From Squalus acanthias (lineage: Eukaryota): DNA of 64,000 bases. A program made the position numbers and the translations under genes. The first letter of the stretch is position 1; the number at the start of each line of letters is the position of its first letter. This document shows, piece after piece, positions 24,030 through 37,481 of the stretch. The notes under the pieces were generated by a model. The model did no database searches and was not told where the DNA came from. It saw only the letters and a list, made by a program, of their open reading frames with translations. The DNA is taken from contig CM059432.1 in assembly GCA_030390025.1 (NCBI GenBank), positions 16,928,001 to 16,992,000 on the forward strand. The letters run 5' to 3'.

Positions 24030-26460
24030 AGGACAGGTGACTAAAAGCTTACAAAAAAAGGTAGGTTTTAAGGAGGGTCTTAAAAGGAGACAGTGAGGTG
24101 GAGATTTAGGGAGGGAATTCTAGCACTTAGGGCATATATAGCAAAAGGCACGGCCACCAGTGGTGTGGCAAAGGGAGTGAGGGATGCACTAGAAGCCAGA
24201 ATTGGAAGAATGCAGAACTCTTGAAAGTTTGTAGGGATGGAGGAGGTTACAGAGATAGAGAGGGGTGAGGCCATGGAGGAATTTGAGCAAGAGGGTGAGA
24301 ATTGTAATATCAAGGCGTTGGTGTACTTGGAGCCAATGTTTGTCAGAGAGCACAGGGGTGATGGTTGAGCAGGACTTAGTGCGGGTTAGGATACGGACAG
24401 CAGTTTTGGATGGGCTCAAGTTTATGGAGGTTGGAACATGGGAGGCTGACCTAGGAGAGCATTGGAATAGTCTGGAGGTTAACAAAAGCATGGATGAGGG
24501 ATAAGCAACAGATAAGCTGAGGCAGCAGCGGAGACGGGTGATGTTACGGAGGTAGAGGGGTAAAGAGGATATGGGGTCGGAAGCTTAGGTCAAGGTCAAA
24601 TAGGACGCCTAAGTTGTGAACAGTCTGGTTCATCCTGAGACAGTGGCCAGGGAGGAGAATGGGATCCGCGGTGAGAGAATGGTGCTGGCCTTCCCAATGT
24701 TTAATTGGAGGAAATTCCAGCTCATCCAGGACTGGATGTCTAACATGCAGTCTGACAGCACGGAAGCAGTGGAAGGATCGAGAGGTGGTGGTGAGGGAGA
24801 GCTGGGTGTCGTCAGTGCACGAGTAACCAGACTTTGGTTCTTCAGATGAGGGGCACCAGGTAGATGGGAAATAGAAGGGTAGATTCTTGAGGGTCTTCAG
24901 AGGTAATGGTGCGGGGGTGGGAAGAGAAGCCATTGCAGGAAATTCTCTGGCTACAACTGGATAGCTAATAGTGGAACCAGGTAATGACAGTCACACTCAT
25001 CTGGACAACAGAAGAGCAGTGTGGTCAACCATATTAAAGCCTGCTAACATGTAGAGAAGGATGAAGAGAGATAGTGCACCATGATCACAGTCACATAGGA
25101 TGTCACTTGTGACTTTCGATTAGGGCCGTTGGAGTGCTGTGGCAGGGACGGAAACCTGATCGGAAAGGTTCAAACATGGGGATGCACGAAAGATGGGCAT
25201 GGATTTCGGAAGCTACAACATGTTCAAGGACTTGAGAGGAAAGGGAAGTTGGAGATGAGGTGGTAGTTTACAAGGACAGGTGGGTCAAGGGTGGGACTTT
25301 TGAAGCAGGAGGGTGATGAATTTGAAAGGGAGGGGGACAGTGCCTGAGGCGAGGGAACCAATTGTAATATCAGGTAGCATGAGGGCCAGGAAGGGAAGTT
25401 GGGTGGTCAGCAATGTTCCCGCTAAGGTGCGCGCGTGCACATGGCCACGCAGTAATCTGAAAGGTCCCGCGCAGGCTGCTCACCACCTTTTACACTGTAA
25501 ATACCACACACGCGCAGAAGTTAAAAGGGACCGTGCATTAAAAGAAACAGGCCATGCAGAACAAAGCGCAGCTTATAGGGAACATTGGTGGTCAGTAGTT
25601 TAGTAGGAATGGGGTAAGACAGCAGAAAGTATGTTTCATGGATAGCTGAGCTTGGATGAGAGATAGGAAAGAAACTAGCGAAAGATGAGAGTTCAGGACT
25701 GAGGCGGGGAGAACATATAGGAAGCATAGCTTGGTGGGCAAGTTAGGGATGCAGCAGAACGGATTGTCTCAATTTTAGTGACAAAGAACTCCAAGAACAC
25801 CTCGCACTTTTGGGAGATGAGGGTGAAGAGGCAGTGCAGAGAAGTTTAAGGACATAGTTGATGGTGAAGAAAAGAAGCCAGGGGTTATCTTTGAATTCCA
25901 TGATGATCCTGGAGGAGTGAGCAGTTTTAACAGAGGACAGCAGGACATGATAGTGCTTGATGTGGCCCATCCAGATATGGCTTATCCAGAAATGACTAAA
26001 CCAGTTGTGCACCTTATACGTTCAAGTCTAAGCTCCTTGGGCTTAAAGGATCAAAGATAGGGATCGTACCAGAGGAAACGACCAGGGTGGAAGAGCGCAA
26101 GGGACCAAGGCATCAAAGGTGGAGTTGAGGGTGTGAATGAACAGATCAATAGCTGCAGAAGTATTGCAGCAAATGGAGAGCCAAGGGCTAAACAGTTGTG
26201 AGGATCAAAGTGCTGCTGTAAGTGACTTTGTGGGGGGGGGGGGGAATTTTTTCCAGGTGTTGGAAGGAGGATGTGGGTGGTGAGGGATATAGAGTGATTA
26301 GAGATGGCCTTGTCTGTAATTGAGACGATAAGATGGCATGAATATGGGTAAGAGAGTGTATATGGAGGGAGAAGTTGAGGAAGGACAGGACGGCAGTGAA
26401 CTAAGAGGAGCGAGGGCAAGGTGAAATCACATGGAGGTTGAAATCATCGAGGATGAGTAG
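24030..26460 (-). mobile_element. Decayed L2-type LINE
   Basis: Minus-strand ITPVLSDKHWLQVHQRL, VHNLGVLFD and DDTQL motifs. Related to 51.2-51.8 kb and 63.0-63.8 kb. Confidence 0.8.
25411..25587. mobile_element. 177-bp hAT-type MITE nested in the L2
   Basis: TIRs CAATGTTCCC..TAAG.TGCGC (19/22 match) and a perfect 8-bp TSD GTGGTCAG (25403-25410, 25588-25595). Confidence 0.9.
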
Positions 26461-26805
26461 TCTAGGTGGGAAGATCAGCAGGCGCGCTTAGGGTGAGACG
26501 GTCGGCGAGAGAGGAGGATGGGACAGCTGGGGTTGTTGTTCGTAAGGAGGCATCAATAAGTAACTTGGAAAGGGCGTCCGGAGAATGCAGAGCACAGAGG
26601 GAAGCTGTGGGCTTATCCAAGAGAAAATCAAGCCTGGGACGGCAGCAGAAGAGTGGGAAGATAGAAGATAAGTAACCATAACATCCTTTAACACGTCTTA
26701 AATTAAACACAACCAGCCAGTTGCACGATCATTTGTGAATTCAGGTGGTAAAATTACCAGTTAGGTGGAATAGAATTGATAACTGCAGTATAGTTTATTT
26801 TTGTT

Positions 26806-27210
26806 GTCAGCTTGGCTCATCTAGTTGTGCTCTTGCCTTCCAGTCAGAAGCTTGTGGCTTCAAGCCCCACTCCAGGACTTGAGCACAGAATCTAGTCTGA
26901 CAATTAAGCATAGTACTGAGAGTCTACTGCATTGTTGGAGGTGCCATCTGCCAGTTGAGATGTTAAACTGTGGTCCATGTCTGCCTGTTCAGGTGATCAT
27001 AAAAGATCCTGTGGCGTGATTCAAAGAACAGCAGAGAGTTCTCATAGTGTCCTGGCCAACATTTTTCCTTCAACCAGCACCACCGAAATATGTATTAACT
27101 TACCATTCAGCTAACCTGTTTGTACAACCTGGCTGTGATGACTGTGGTTAAAATGTAATTCATTGATTATGAGGCATTTTGGGATGTACCAAGAACCTGA
27201 ATGAATGCAA
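26806..27210 (+). mobile_element. tRNA-derived Deu-domain-type SINE (diverged)
   Basis: Similar to 54007-54440. Confidence 0.65.
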
Positions 27211-28399
27211 TTTTTTTTCTCTTTCTTTTCTATAACCAAAACATCAACCCATCTGAAAGAAATAGAAATTTCTAGGTTGCAGAAGTTCAAGGAAGGTAAG
27301 GGTCTTGATAGAGTAGTTAGGGAGAACCTGTTTCCACTGGTAGGAGGGTTGATAACCTGAGAGCACAGATTTAAGATGATTGGCAAAAGAACCAGGGGGA
27401 GCTGAGACAATATTTTAACGCAATGAGTTGTTATGATCAAGAATACACTATCTGAAAGGGTGGTGGAAGCAAATTCAATAGGGACTAATACAAATTCAAT
27501 AGGGACTAATTGGATAGTTCTTTCAAAGAGATGACACGGGCACAATGGGCCGATTAGCCTCCTTCAGTGCTGCAAGATAGTTTGATTCTGTAATAGTGAA
27601 AGGTTAGGGTAGGGATTTGGGAGAGCAAAGTACCCAAGGGGAGAAATGAAAGGAGGCATAACTAGGTAACAGAAAGGGGAGGAGAGAAGGGCCCAAGAGG
27701 GATAAAGAAAAAGAAAAAGATAGAAGTAATGGGCTCGGCTCCAAAGCTGCAGCTAAAACACGCACACAAACGGACAGAGGAAATTCAGGTGACAAAGTAA
27801 GATGGCCGAGGTTGCCCGAAGTCAGTCAAGCGCAGCTCCAGGACTTCGCTGCAAGGATTCCTCAGGGAAGAATCCTTGACTGCTCATCTTTAGCTGTTGC
27901 ATCAATTACCTTCCCTCCAATAAGGTCAGGAGTCGAGCTGTTTGCTAATTATTCCATGTTCAGCTCCATTCACAGCTATTCTAATAATGAAAAAACCCAT
28001 GCAAGCTTACAGCAGAACCTGGATAACATCCTCATATGGGCTCGACAAGTAACCTACATAACTGCTAGGTAATGACCATGTAGAATAAGAGAAAACCCAG
28101 ATATCTCCTCCAACATTCAGTGGCATCACCGAGTGCCTCACCATCAACACTTTGAGGTCACCTGCAAAAAATTAATTGGATTAGCCTCATCAACATCATG
28201 GCTACAAGAGCAGAGATTGGGTATTCTGCGAAAGTGGCTCACTTCCTGACCCCCTCAAAGCCTGTCCATCTTCAACAAGGCTCAAGCAAGGAGATTAAAT
28301 GTGCAAATTACTTAGTCGTCCCATAGAGCAATACAAAATAAAAGGGAAGCAGCAAAGTTCATTATAACATATAGTCTTACAAACAAAAATCTTTTAAAC

Positions 28400-28793
28400 A
28401 AAGAACTTGCATTCATATAGCACCTTTCACGACCTCAGAGCATCCCAAAGCACTTCACAGCCAATAAAGTATTTTTTTAAAATATAGTCACTGCTTTCGT
28501 GTATGGGAACGTGGCATCCAATTTGCATACAGCAAGATCCCACAAATGAGATAAATAACTAGATAATGTTTGATGTCGTTGGCTGAGGGATAAATGTTGG
28601 CCTGGACACAGGAAGAACTCCCTTGCTCTTTAACATCCACCTGAAGGGGCAAACTGGGCCCCGTTCCAACATCTCATTCGATAGATAGCACCTCCCTCAG
28701 CTTAGATTACATGCTGAGGTCTCTCGGGTGGGGCTTTAATCCATGACTTTCTGACTCAGGGGTGAGTGTGCTACTACTGAGCTAAGCCTGACA
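28400..28793 (-). mobile_element. tRNA-derived Deu-domain-type SINE
   Basis: Core CCAATTTGCATACAGCAAGATCCCACAAA; homologous to 50553-51016. Confidence 0.75.
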
Positions 28794-29496
28794 TCTCGAG
28801 GCTGTATTTCAAATCCATTAAATAATTTCCAATGCTGCTATAAAATTGCAATTGAAAAATACCCACTAAAGTCTTTATTTAAATACATTTAAATATTTAA
28901 CATCTACATTTTTTGGTCAATTTTTAAACAATAGTTTGGTTTTAACTGATTACTGAAGATAGAGAAAACTGGCTTGGAGGACGTTACTATGTCAAACCAC
29001 AATTTTACAAAATACATTATTTTCTTTCCTTTATAAAACACCCATGACGTGCACGGCCCCCTTCTGCAGATACAGGCAGGAAAACAACACACAGGTCTGA
29101 GAAAGGACAAGGCTTTCAAGCTTCTCTCCTGTGGGCCAAACAGCTGGCCTAAGTTTGCCCTTCTCCATAATAATATGACCTAGACTATGAAACATACTGC
29201 GCATTGCCAGATCAGATATTTTATTGGCACACTGGAATTATAATCCACTGCATTTTGCACAATGCCCAACATAGACAACTGTAATTGCAAGATTACGAAG
29301 GCAGCCTGAATTCAATGTAATTTTTAATTAATCCCATGATTAGGTAGAATAGCGTCTCCAAGCTACTGTACTTTCCCTGCTGACAACACAACCATTTACA
29401 CTGAATTCCTTAAAATAGTTAGTTTGAGATAGTGATAAGCATATTTCCCCTTCATCGGCATGAACGCTTCACTTATTATAACATGTCCATAATATT

Positions 29497-30264
29497 GGCC
29501 CATAATTTGCGGTCAGCGGCGAAGCCAAGGCGTTCGCCGCTGGCCCCCAAACTAAGTTTCCCACAAAGATCTCGATCTCTGTGGCAAGAAGTTCGGTTTT
29601 TCCAAAATGCAGTTGAAATCAATATAGTACAGTGGGAATCCCATAGTGCGAGCTGCTGTGATGTCAACAAGCTGTCCAATCACAATGCAGAATTCACACA
29701 GACAGGCAACCAGAAAATAGAAAGCACTAATAAACAATCACTTTTTCAAAAATATACCGAGAGCGAAATAAAGATTGGGACATACACATTGGGTTAAGGT
29801 AGAAGCTGAAATGACATTAACAAACTTTTAATTTTTTTAAAATTAATTTTAAAATCTAATCATTTTTAACTTAATGGAGAAATTTGACATTCCACCAATA
29901 TAAAATTCATTTTTCAGGGTCAGAACAGCTGTTTATCAGTAGTTATTACTCAGATCGCTGTTAAACCTCATTATGAATGGGTGTAACTTTTTATGGGGTT
30001 TCTAACAGCAAGATTTGTTCTGAAAGGGGAAAGTTTTTGTCAGATCAGTGATTTCACCGATTGCCAGCTCAAGGCCGGGTGGGGGGTGGAGGGAGGCCGG
30101 TTCACAGCGCAGCCTGTGGAGGAGCAGTGAATGACAGACCGCAACTTCAGGATTTCTGTGTTAGGCTGCGCATGCGCTAAATCCTGAAGTTGCGGTCAGT
30201 TTCAAAGGCGAAATGACGATGAACGTTGCCAGTTCGCCATCATCAGGACCACAAGTTCCAGGCC
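29497..30264. mobile_element. Putative Harbinger-type MITE
   Basis: Imperfect TIRs GGCCCATAATTTGCGGTC and GACCACAAGTTCCAGGCC, CpG-rich ends, internal perfect 19-bp inverted repeat at 30137-30197. TSD is not clean. Confidence 0.55.
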
Positions 30265-31949
30265 AATACATTTACTGTAGAGAGGTAAATTTCTTTATAA
30301 ATGGATTCATGTATGTTTCCCCCAGAGAAAATTTTCCCAGGGTGTTAAAATTAAGTCATTAACTATAGCAAGGAAACAGATTAACCATCTTTATTTTAGT
30401 TTTCCTTTTCAATTATGCAGGAGACATTTGTAGAATACCCAACAACCACCTCATCAAACAACCACAAAGTTCCTAATGTAATCCAACTTGCTTTCAAGGC
30501 CGACCACTTACAGAAGTATGTGGGGCGGCAACAGGAAAACATAATTTCAGACTTGTGTATCTTCATATCTGCGCAGAAATGTCTCTTTACACCTGCACAA
30601 TAACCTACAGTAACTAATACAAAGGGTTCAAAACTAAGGGAACCAAAACTAGCGCAATCACCTCTTAAAATTAATTTCAGGACATCCCAATATATGCTTA
30701 ATCCCTGTAAAATGTCAAAGGCTATCCCTTAAGGTTTCCTGAAAGCAAAAACTAATTATAGCCTAAAGTTTACTGAAATACAATTTGAACTCGAGACATA
30801 AACAGGAAATATCATTCTTTTGAAGCAATGCCCAACTGAACAGAAACACTAGTATTCTTCTCAGGGACCCATGCACACTATTATTGCATGGAATTCAGAT
30901 TTGATCTTGGAATATAGGCATTACAGCAAAAAAGCTATTTTGGGTGGAACCTGAAAACTACTGTACCTCTATCCAACCTTCTTTATAACTTAACTTTTTA
31001 GTTTCAAATTATTACATTTTTAAAAAATGGCTCCAAAACGTGAATCAAAATTAGGGTTGCCAGAACTTGATCATTTTAATACAAGGAAAACGCGAAAGAC
31101 AAAGCATTCTATATCATCACTTTTCACCAAATTTGAAGATAGAAAGCTGGAGAAGCCTATCCCCATTAATCCAAACATTTTCACTACAATCCCTAATGAG
31201 CATTGTAACTTTACTCCAGTGAAAGTCAAGTTTAAAACATGGACTTCTGCTCCAAAACACAACTAAATTCCTGAAAAACAAAGGATTGAGTGTAAATCTT
31301 AAGAGCTCTAAAACAGAGCTTAATTGCAAGAATTTCAGTATCTTCATAATGAATGTCAGTTGGAAGAACCTTGAGTCTAAAATCTACCAGGCCACCTGTG
31401 GGGTATTGCAGCCTTCAAAATCTGTAAACTGCTCCTGCAGTGGTGCAGAGTGCAGCAGCAACATTTTTTGATGAGCTGACCCAAGGTCTATAAATCATGT
31501 AAACCAAATCAATTTAAATTTATAGAACACCTTTAATGCTGTAAAACGTCACAAGACAATTCACTTGTGGATTAAACGGAGCAGGATTAAGAGGGAAATT
31601 AGGGTCAAAGCTGTGGCCAAAGGGGTAGGTTTTCAGGAGACTTTTGGGGGAGGAAAAATATCGTACCGCACAAGGAGTTTAGGGAAAGAGTTAAGATGAC
31701 TGAAGGTTATACCACTGCTCACAGAATGGAATGGGGGGCGAGGGAAGAAAACCATAGAAAGGGTGCAAGCAGGAATAAAGCACTGGAGAAGGCGGCAAAG
31801 GTTAAGTGAAGAAATCTGCAGATATTCCATTTGTTCATTTGAAAATTTCAAAACATAGATTGATACATTTTTGTTAAGCAAGGGTATTAAGGGTTAAAGA
31901 ACCAAGGTGGGTACATGGAGTTAAGATACAGATCAGCCATGATCTAACT

Positions 31950-34580
31950 GAATTGTGGAAGATCAGGAAGTAGAATCAGTATGGGTGGAGATGAGGAATA
32001 ACAAGGGGCAGAAAACACTGGTAGGAGTAGTATATAGGCCCCCTAACGGTAGCTGTACCGTTGGACAGAATATTAATCCAGAAATAGTAGGAGCTTGCAA
32101 CAAAGGTAATGAAATAATCTTGGGGGACTTTAATCCTTACATAGACTGGACAAATCAAATTGGCAAAGGTAGTCTGGAGGATGAGTTCATAGAATGCATT
32201 TGGGACAGTTTCCTAGAACAATGCGTCATGGAACCAGCCAGAGAACAGGCCAATTTAGATCTTGTATTGTGTAATGAGACAGGGTTAATTAGCAATCTCA
32301 CAGTAAAGGATCCTCTGGGGCAGAGTGATCATAATATGATAGAATTTCACCTTAATTTTGAGAGTGACTTGCCTAAGTCCGAAACTAGAGTCTTAAACTT
32401 AAATAAAGCCAATTACATAGGTATGAGGGGCGAGTTGGCTAAGGTAGATAGGAAAAATAGATTAAAAGGTCTGGTGGTAGATAAGCAGTGGAGCATTTAA
32501 AGAAATATTTCATAATTCTCAACAAAAATACATTCCATTGAGAAACAAAAACTCCACGGGAAAAGTGATCCAACCGTGGCTAACTAAAGAAGTTAAGGAT
32601 AGCATTAGATTGAAAGAAGAAGCTTATAATGTTGCAAAGAATAATAGTAAGCCTGAGGATTGAGAGAGTTTCAGAAACCAGCAAAGGCTGACCAAAAAAT
32701 TGATAAAGGGAAAAAATAGAATGAGAAAAAACTAGCAAGAAATATAAAAGCAGATTCTAAGAGTTTCTACAAGTATGTAAAAAGGAAAAGTAGCAAAAGT
32801 AAATGTTGGTCCCTTAGAGGCTGAGACAGGAGAAATTATTATGGGGAATAAGGAAATGGCAGAAATGTTAAACAAATATTTTGTATCTGTCTTTACAGTA
32901 GAAGACACAAAAAGCATACCAAAAATGGTGGGGAACCAAGGGTCGAATGAGGGTGAGGAACTTAACATAATTAATATAAGTAGAGAAAAAGTACTAGAGA
33001 AACTAATGGGACTAAAAGCCGACAAATCCCCTGGGCCTGACGGCCTACATCCTAGGGTTCTAAAAGAGGTGGCTGAAAAGATAGTGGATGCATTGGTTTT
33101 GATCTTCCAAAATTCCCTCGATTCTGGAATGGTCCCAGCGGATTGGACGGTCGCAAATGTAACACCACTATTCAAGAAAGGAGGGAGAGAAAAAACAGGG
33201 AACTACAGGCCAGTTAGCCTGACATCAGTTGTCAGGAAAATGCTGGAATCCATTGTTAAGGAAGTGGTACCAAGTCACTTAGAAAATCATAACATGATTA
33301 GGCAGAGTCTACATGGTTTTATGAAAGGGAAATCGTGTTTGACAAATTTATTAGAGTTTGTTGAGGATGTAACTAGGCAGGGTAGATAAAGGGGACCCAG
33401 TGGATGTAGTATATTTGGATTTCCAAAAGGCATTCGATAAGGTGCCACATAAAAGGTTATTACACAAGATTAGGGCTCAAGGGGTTGGGGGTAATATAGT
33501 AGCATGGATAGAGGATTGGTTAACGGACAGAAAACAGAGAGTAGGAATAAACAGATCTTTTTCAGGTTGGCAGGCTGTAACTAGTGGGGTGCCGCAAGGA
33601 TCAGTGTTGGGGCCTCAGCTATTTCCAATCTATATTAATAACCGAGATGAAGGGAACGAGTATAATGTATTCAAGTTTGCTGATGATACAAAGCTAGGTG
33701 GGACAGTAAGCTGTGAGGAGAACACAAAGAGTCTGCAAAGGGATATAGATAGATTAAGTGAGTGGGCAGTAAGGCGGCAGATGGAGTATAATGTAGGGAA
33801 ATGTGAGGTTATTCACTTTGGTAGGAAGAATAGAAAAACAGAATATTTTTTAAATGCTGAGAAACTTTCAAATGTTGGGTGTCCTCGTGCAAGAAACACA
33901 GAAAGCTAGCATGCAGGAACAGCAAGCAATAAGGAAGGCAAATGGCATGTTGACCTTTATTGCAAGGGGGTTGGAGTATAAGACTACGGAAGTCTTGCTG
34001 CAATTGTACAGGGCCTTGGTGAGACCACACCTGGAGTACTGTGCACAGTTTTGGTCTCCTTATCTAAGGAAGGATATACTTGCCTTGGAAGCGATGCAAC
34101 GAAGGTTCACTAGATTGATTCCTGGGATGAGAGGGCTGTCCTATGATGAGAGGTTATGCAGAATGGGCCTATACTCTCTGGAGTTCAGAAGAATGATCTC
34201 ATTGAAACATATAAGATTCTGAAGGGGATTGACAGGGTAGATGCTGAGTGGTTGTTTCCCCTGGCTGGAGTGTCCAGAACTAGGGGCATAGTCTCAGGAT
34301 AAGGGGTAGGCCATTTAAGACTGAGATGAGGAGGAATTTCTTCACTTACTCAGAGGTTGTGAATCTTTGGAATTCTCTGCCCTAGAGGGCTGTGAATGCC
34401 GAGTCTTTTATTATATTCAAGGCTGAGATAGATAGATTTTTGGACTCATGGGGAATCAAGGGATATGGAGATCAGGCGGGAAAGTGGAGTTGAGGTCGAT
34501 GATCAGCCATGATCTTATTGAATGGCGGAGCAGGCTCAAGGGGCCGTATGGCCTACTCCTGCTCTTATTTCTTATGTTCT
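31950..34580 (+). mobile_element. Near-complete CR1 ORF2 (APE-RT) with frameshifts, plus 3' tail
   Basis: ORFs 31955, 32841, 33400 and 33854 carry GVVYRPP, GDFN, SDHN, NYRPVSLTS, DFQKAFDKVPH, GVPQGSVLGP, FADDTKL and HLEYC. Confidence 0.95.
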
Positions 34581-35330
34581 TAATCACTGCCCCTTGACAT
34601 TCAATGGCATTACCATCACCGAATCCCCTACCATCAACATCCTGGGGGTCACCATTGACCAGAAACTTAACTGGACCAGCCACATAAATACTATGGCAGC
34701 AAGAGCAGGTCAGAGGCTAGGTATTCTGCAGCAAGTGTCTCACCTCTTGACTCCCCAAAGCCTTTCCACCATCTACAAGGCATAAGTAAGGAGTGTGATG
34801 GAATACTCTCCACTTTCCTGGATGAGTGCAGCTCCAACAACACTCAAGAAGCTCAACACCATCCAGGACAAAGCAGCCCGCTTGATTGGCACCCCATCCA
34901 CCACCTTAAACATTCACTCCCTCCACCACCGGCGTACCGTGGCTGCAGTGTGTACCATCTACAAGATGCACTGCAGCAACTCGCAAAGGCTTCTTCCTCA
35001 GAACCTCCAAAACCCGCGACCTCTACCACCTAGAAGGACAAGGGCAGCAGGCGCATGGGAACACCACCACCTCCAAGTCACACACTATCCTGACTCAGAA
35101 GTATATTGCCGATCCTTCATCGTCACTGGGTCAAAATCCTGTAACTCCCTACCTAACTGCACAGTGGGAATACCTTCACCACACGGACTGCAGCAGTTCA
35201 AGAAGGCGGCTCACCACCACCTCTCAAGATGGCGGCTCACCACCACCTTCTCAAGGGCAATTAGGGATGGGCAATTAATGCTGGCCTTGCCAGCGACGCC
35301 CACATCCCATAAAAACTAATTTAAAAAAAC
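34581..35330 (+). mobile_element. 3' end of the second LINE family
   Basis: ILGVTIDQKLNW and MEYSPL...HSLHHRRTVA; homologous to 56495-57265 and overlapping the end of 1-2036. Confidence 0.88.
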
Positions 35331-37271
35331 CTCAGTGGCATGGGTGCCAATCAACTGGACTGCTTTGTCCTGGATAGGGACAAAGAGTTTCTACTCAATG
35401 TGCTAAGGAACAAGAGGAATAAATAAGTGGTACCTGATGCAGGATAGGATACGGAAGGTAGAATTCATGTTGGGTGGCGCTCAGAAGGCCAAAGAACAGT
35501 GAAATCTGGAGGTAACAAAGGCATGAATAAATGTTTCAATGGAAGTGGGGGGTGAGGCAAGGAATAAACCACAATATTCTGGAGATGATAATAGGCAGGC
35601 TTAGTGATAGACTGGATGTAAGGATGTAAAACTCACTGTTGAGAAGAACGTGGAGGTTGTTTACCATTACAGTGTGAGTGGCGGAAGAGGTACAAAGATG
35701 GGTATTGTCAGCATACCTGTGCTTACAAATAATGTCACCAGGGGCAACATATTGATGAGGAACAGGAGGCACGTAAGCATGGAACCTGGGAGCACACCAA
35801 AGGTGACTTTGTGGGCATAGGCGGAGAAGCAACTAGAGGAGATGTGCTGGCTGCATTGGAAAAAGTAACAATGAAATAAATAGCAATTAAACAAAGGACG
35901 CCATGAAGAGGGATGGCGCAGTAACCTACATCAAAAGCCAGAGAAAAATCGAGAACTATTAGAAGGGATAACACCACCTTGGTCACAGTCACACAGAATG
36001 CTGTTGATGACTGACCAGAACAGTGCAAGGGCTTTGGGTGGGATCAAAGCCAGATCGAAAGGATGGGAACATGGAGTGATGAGTTTACAGTTGGGTATAT
36101 GCAACACATTCCATAATCCTAAAATGAAAAAGAGCGTAGCAAGAAACAGTAGTGACAAAGTTTAGCACATCCAGCTTGTTTGCTCTTTGTTAATGAGTAT
36201 TGAGACAGCTTGTGATTATAGGCAATTCGCTAGGATATATATTTTTAAACTGTATTCTTTAAAAGGTAATTTCCATTGCAAACTGCTGAACACAAGTTGC
36301 ATTACAGACTATAGAAGTACCATAGGGCGTGATCTACTTATGTCCGGATCCAGAGGCTGGGCTTGGCAAAACAATTCAAATATTTATTTTTGTTTAATAT
36401 TTCTCTCCCTCTCTAAACTTGACCCTCGAATTATCAGATAACTGGATATCAATGAATTAGGTCTCAGTTGGCATTTTTCCAAACAAACATATTAGTGACA
36501 ACCATCCTGGTGTGTATATCTGACATTGTTCCTTCATTGTCCCTGGGTCAATATTCTGGAATTTCCCACCTAAACACCAGCATAGAAGCACCAGCACCAC
36601 AAGGACAACAGTGGTTCAAGAAGGCTGCCCACCACCACCTTCTAAGGCAACTGGGAATGGGCAATAAGTGCAGCCTTGCCAGTGTCGCCCCCATGCCAAG
36701 AACAAATACAAGAAACAAAAAGAAAAGCAACTGCCAGGTCCAAGCTGAAATCATAACATTTTGGGTACAAAGCTAAGAGCAAGAAGCATCTTATAGTTTG
36801 AACTGCAGGTATTTGACAGAACCACCATAGTACAATTTTTCCCCAAAAGGACCCCAAGCTAACTGTACCCAAGCTAACTGTACCAGTACCAATTAAGGTA
36901 TAAACTTTGTTCACAAGTATTAAGCTCTATGGCCTTCTATTAGGACCATCTGTAATCCAATTACTGTATATAAAAAGAGTTGTGTACAATATTCAAGTTT
37001 GGTCTTAAAAAAATAAAAAAAGTCATGATGCTAAATGTTTATGTTTTAATTTCTTGGACTACTACCTCATGAACTTCATCCAGCCATGCTGCAAAGAATA
37101 CATGACTAGCAAAGTGAGCTACTAATTGACAGATCTATAATCTTCACCGATCTGAGAAGCTGCTGTTGCACATTTTGTTGAATTCATTTTGTTTTTTTTT
37201 TAATAACAGTATAAAAAAAGTTAAAGATGTATTTGGTACTTCAGTGAACCTGCCATTTCAACAATTGTATT

Positions 37272-37481
37272 AAAGTGAGAAGTCGCACAACACCAGGTTA
37301 TAGTCCAACAGTTTTATTTGAAATCACAAGCTTTCGGAGCGGCTGCTCCTTCGTCAGGTGACGAAGGAGCAGCCGCTCCGAAAGCTTGTGATTTCAATAA
37401 AACTGTTGGACTATAACCTGGTGCTTTGCGACTTCTCACTTTTGTCCACCCCAGTCCAACACTGGCATCTCCGCATCATGG
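37272..37481. mobile_element. Palindromic fold-back retro-insertion (family B) with 13-bp TSD
   Basis: About 85-bp inverted arms at 37272-37356 and 37359-37442 around a 2-nt centre. TSD CAACAATTGTATT at 37259-37271 and 37482-37494. Confidence 0.9.
37324..37361 (-). ncRNA. Minimal type-I hammerhead ribozyme motif (family B)
   Basis: UCAC-CUGACGA-A-GGAGC-AGCC-GCUCC-GAAA-GCUU-GUGA. Confidence 0.78.
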
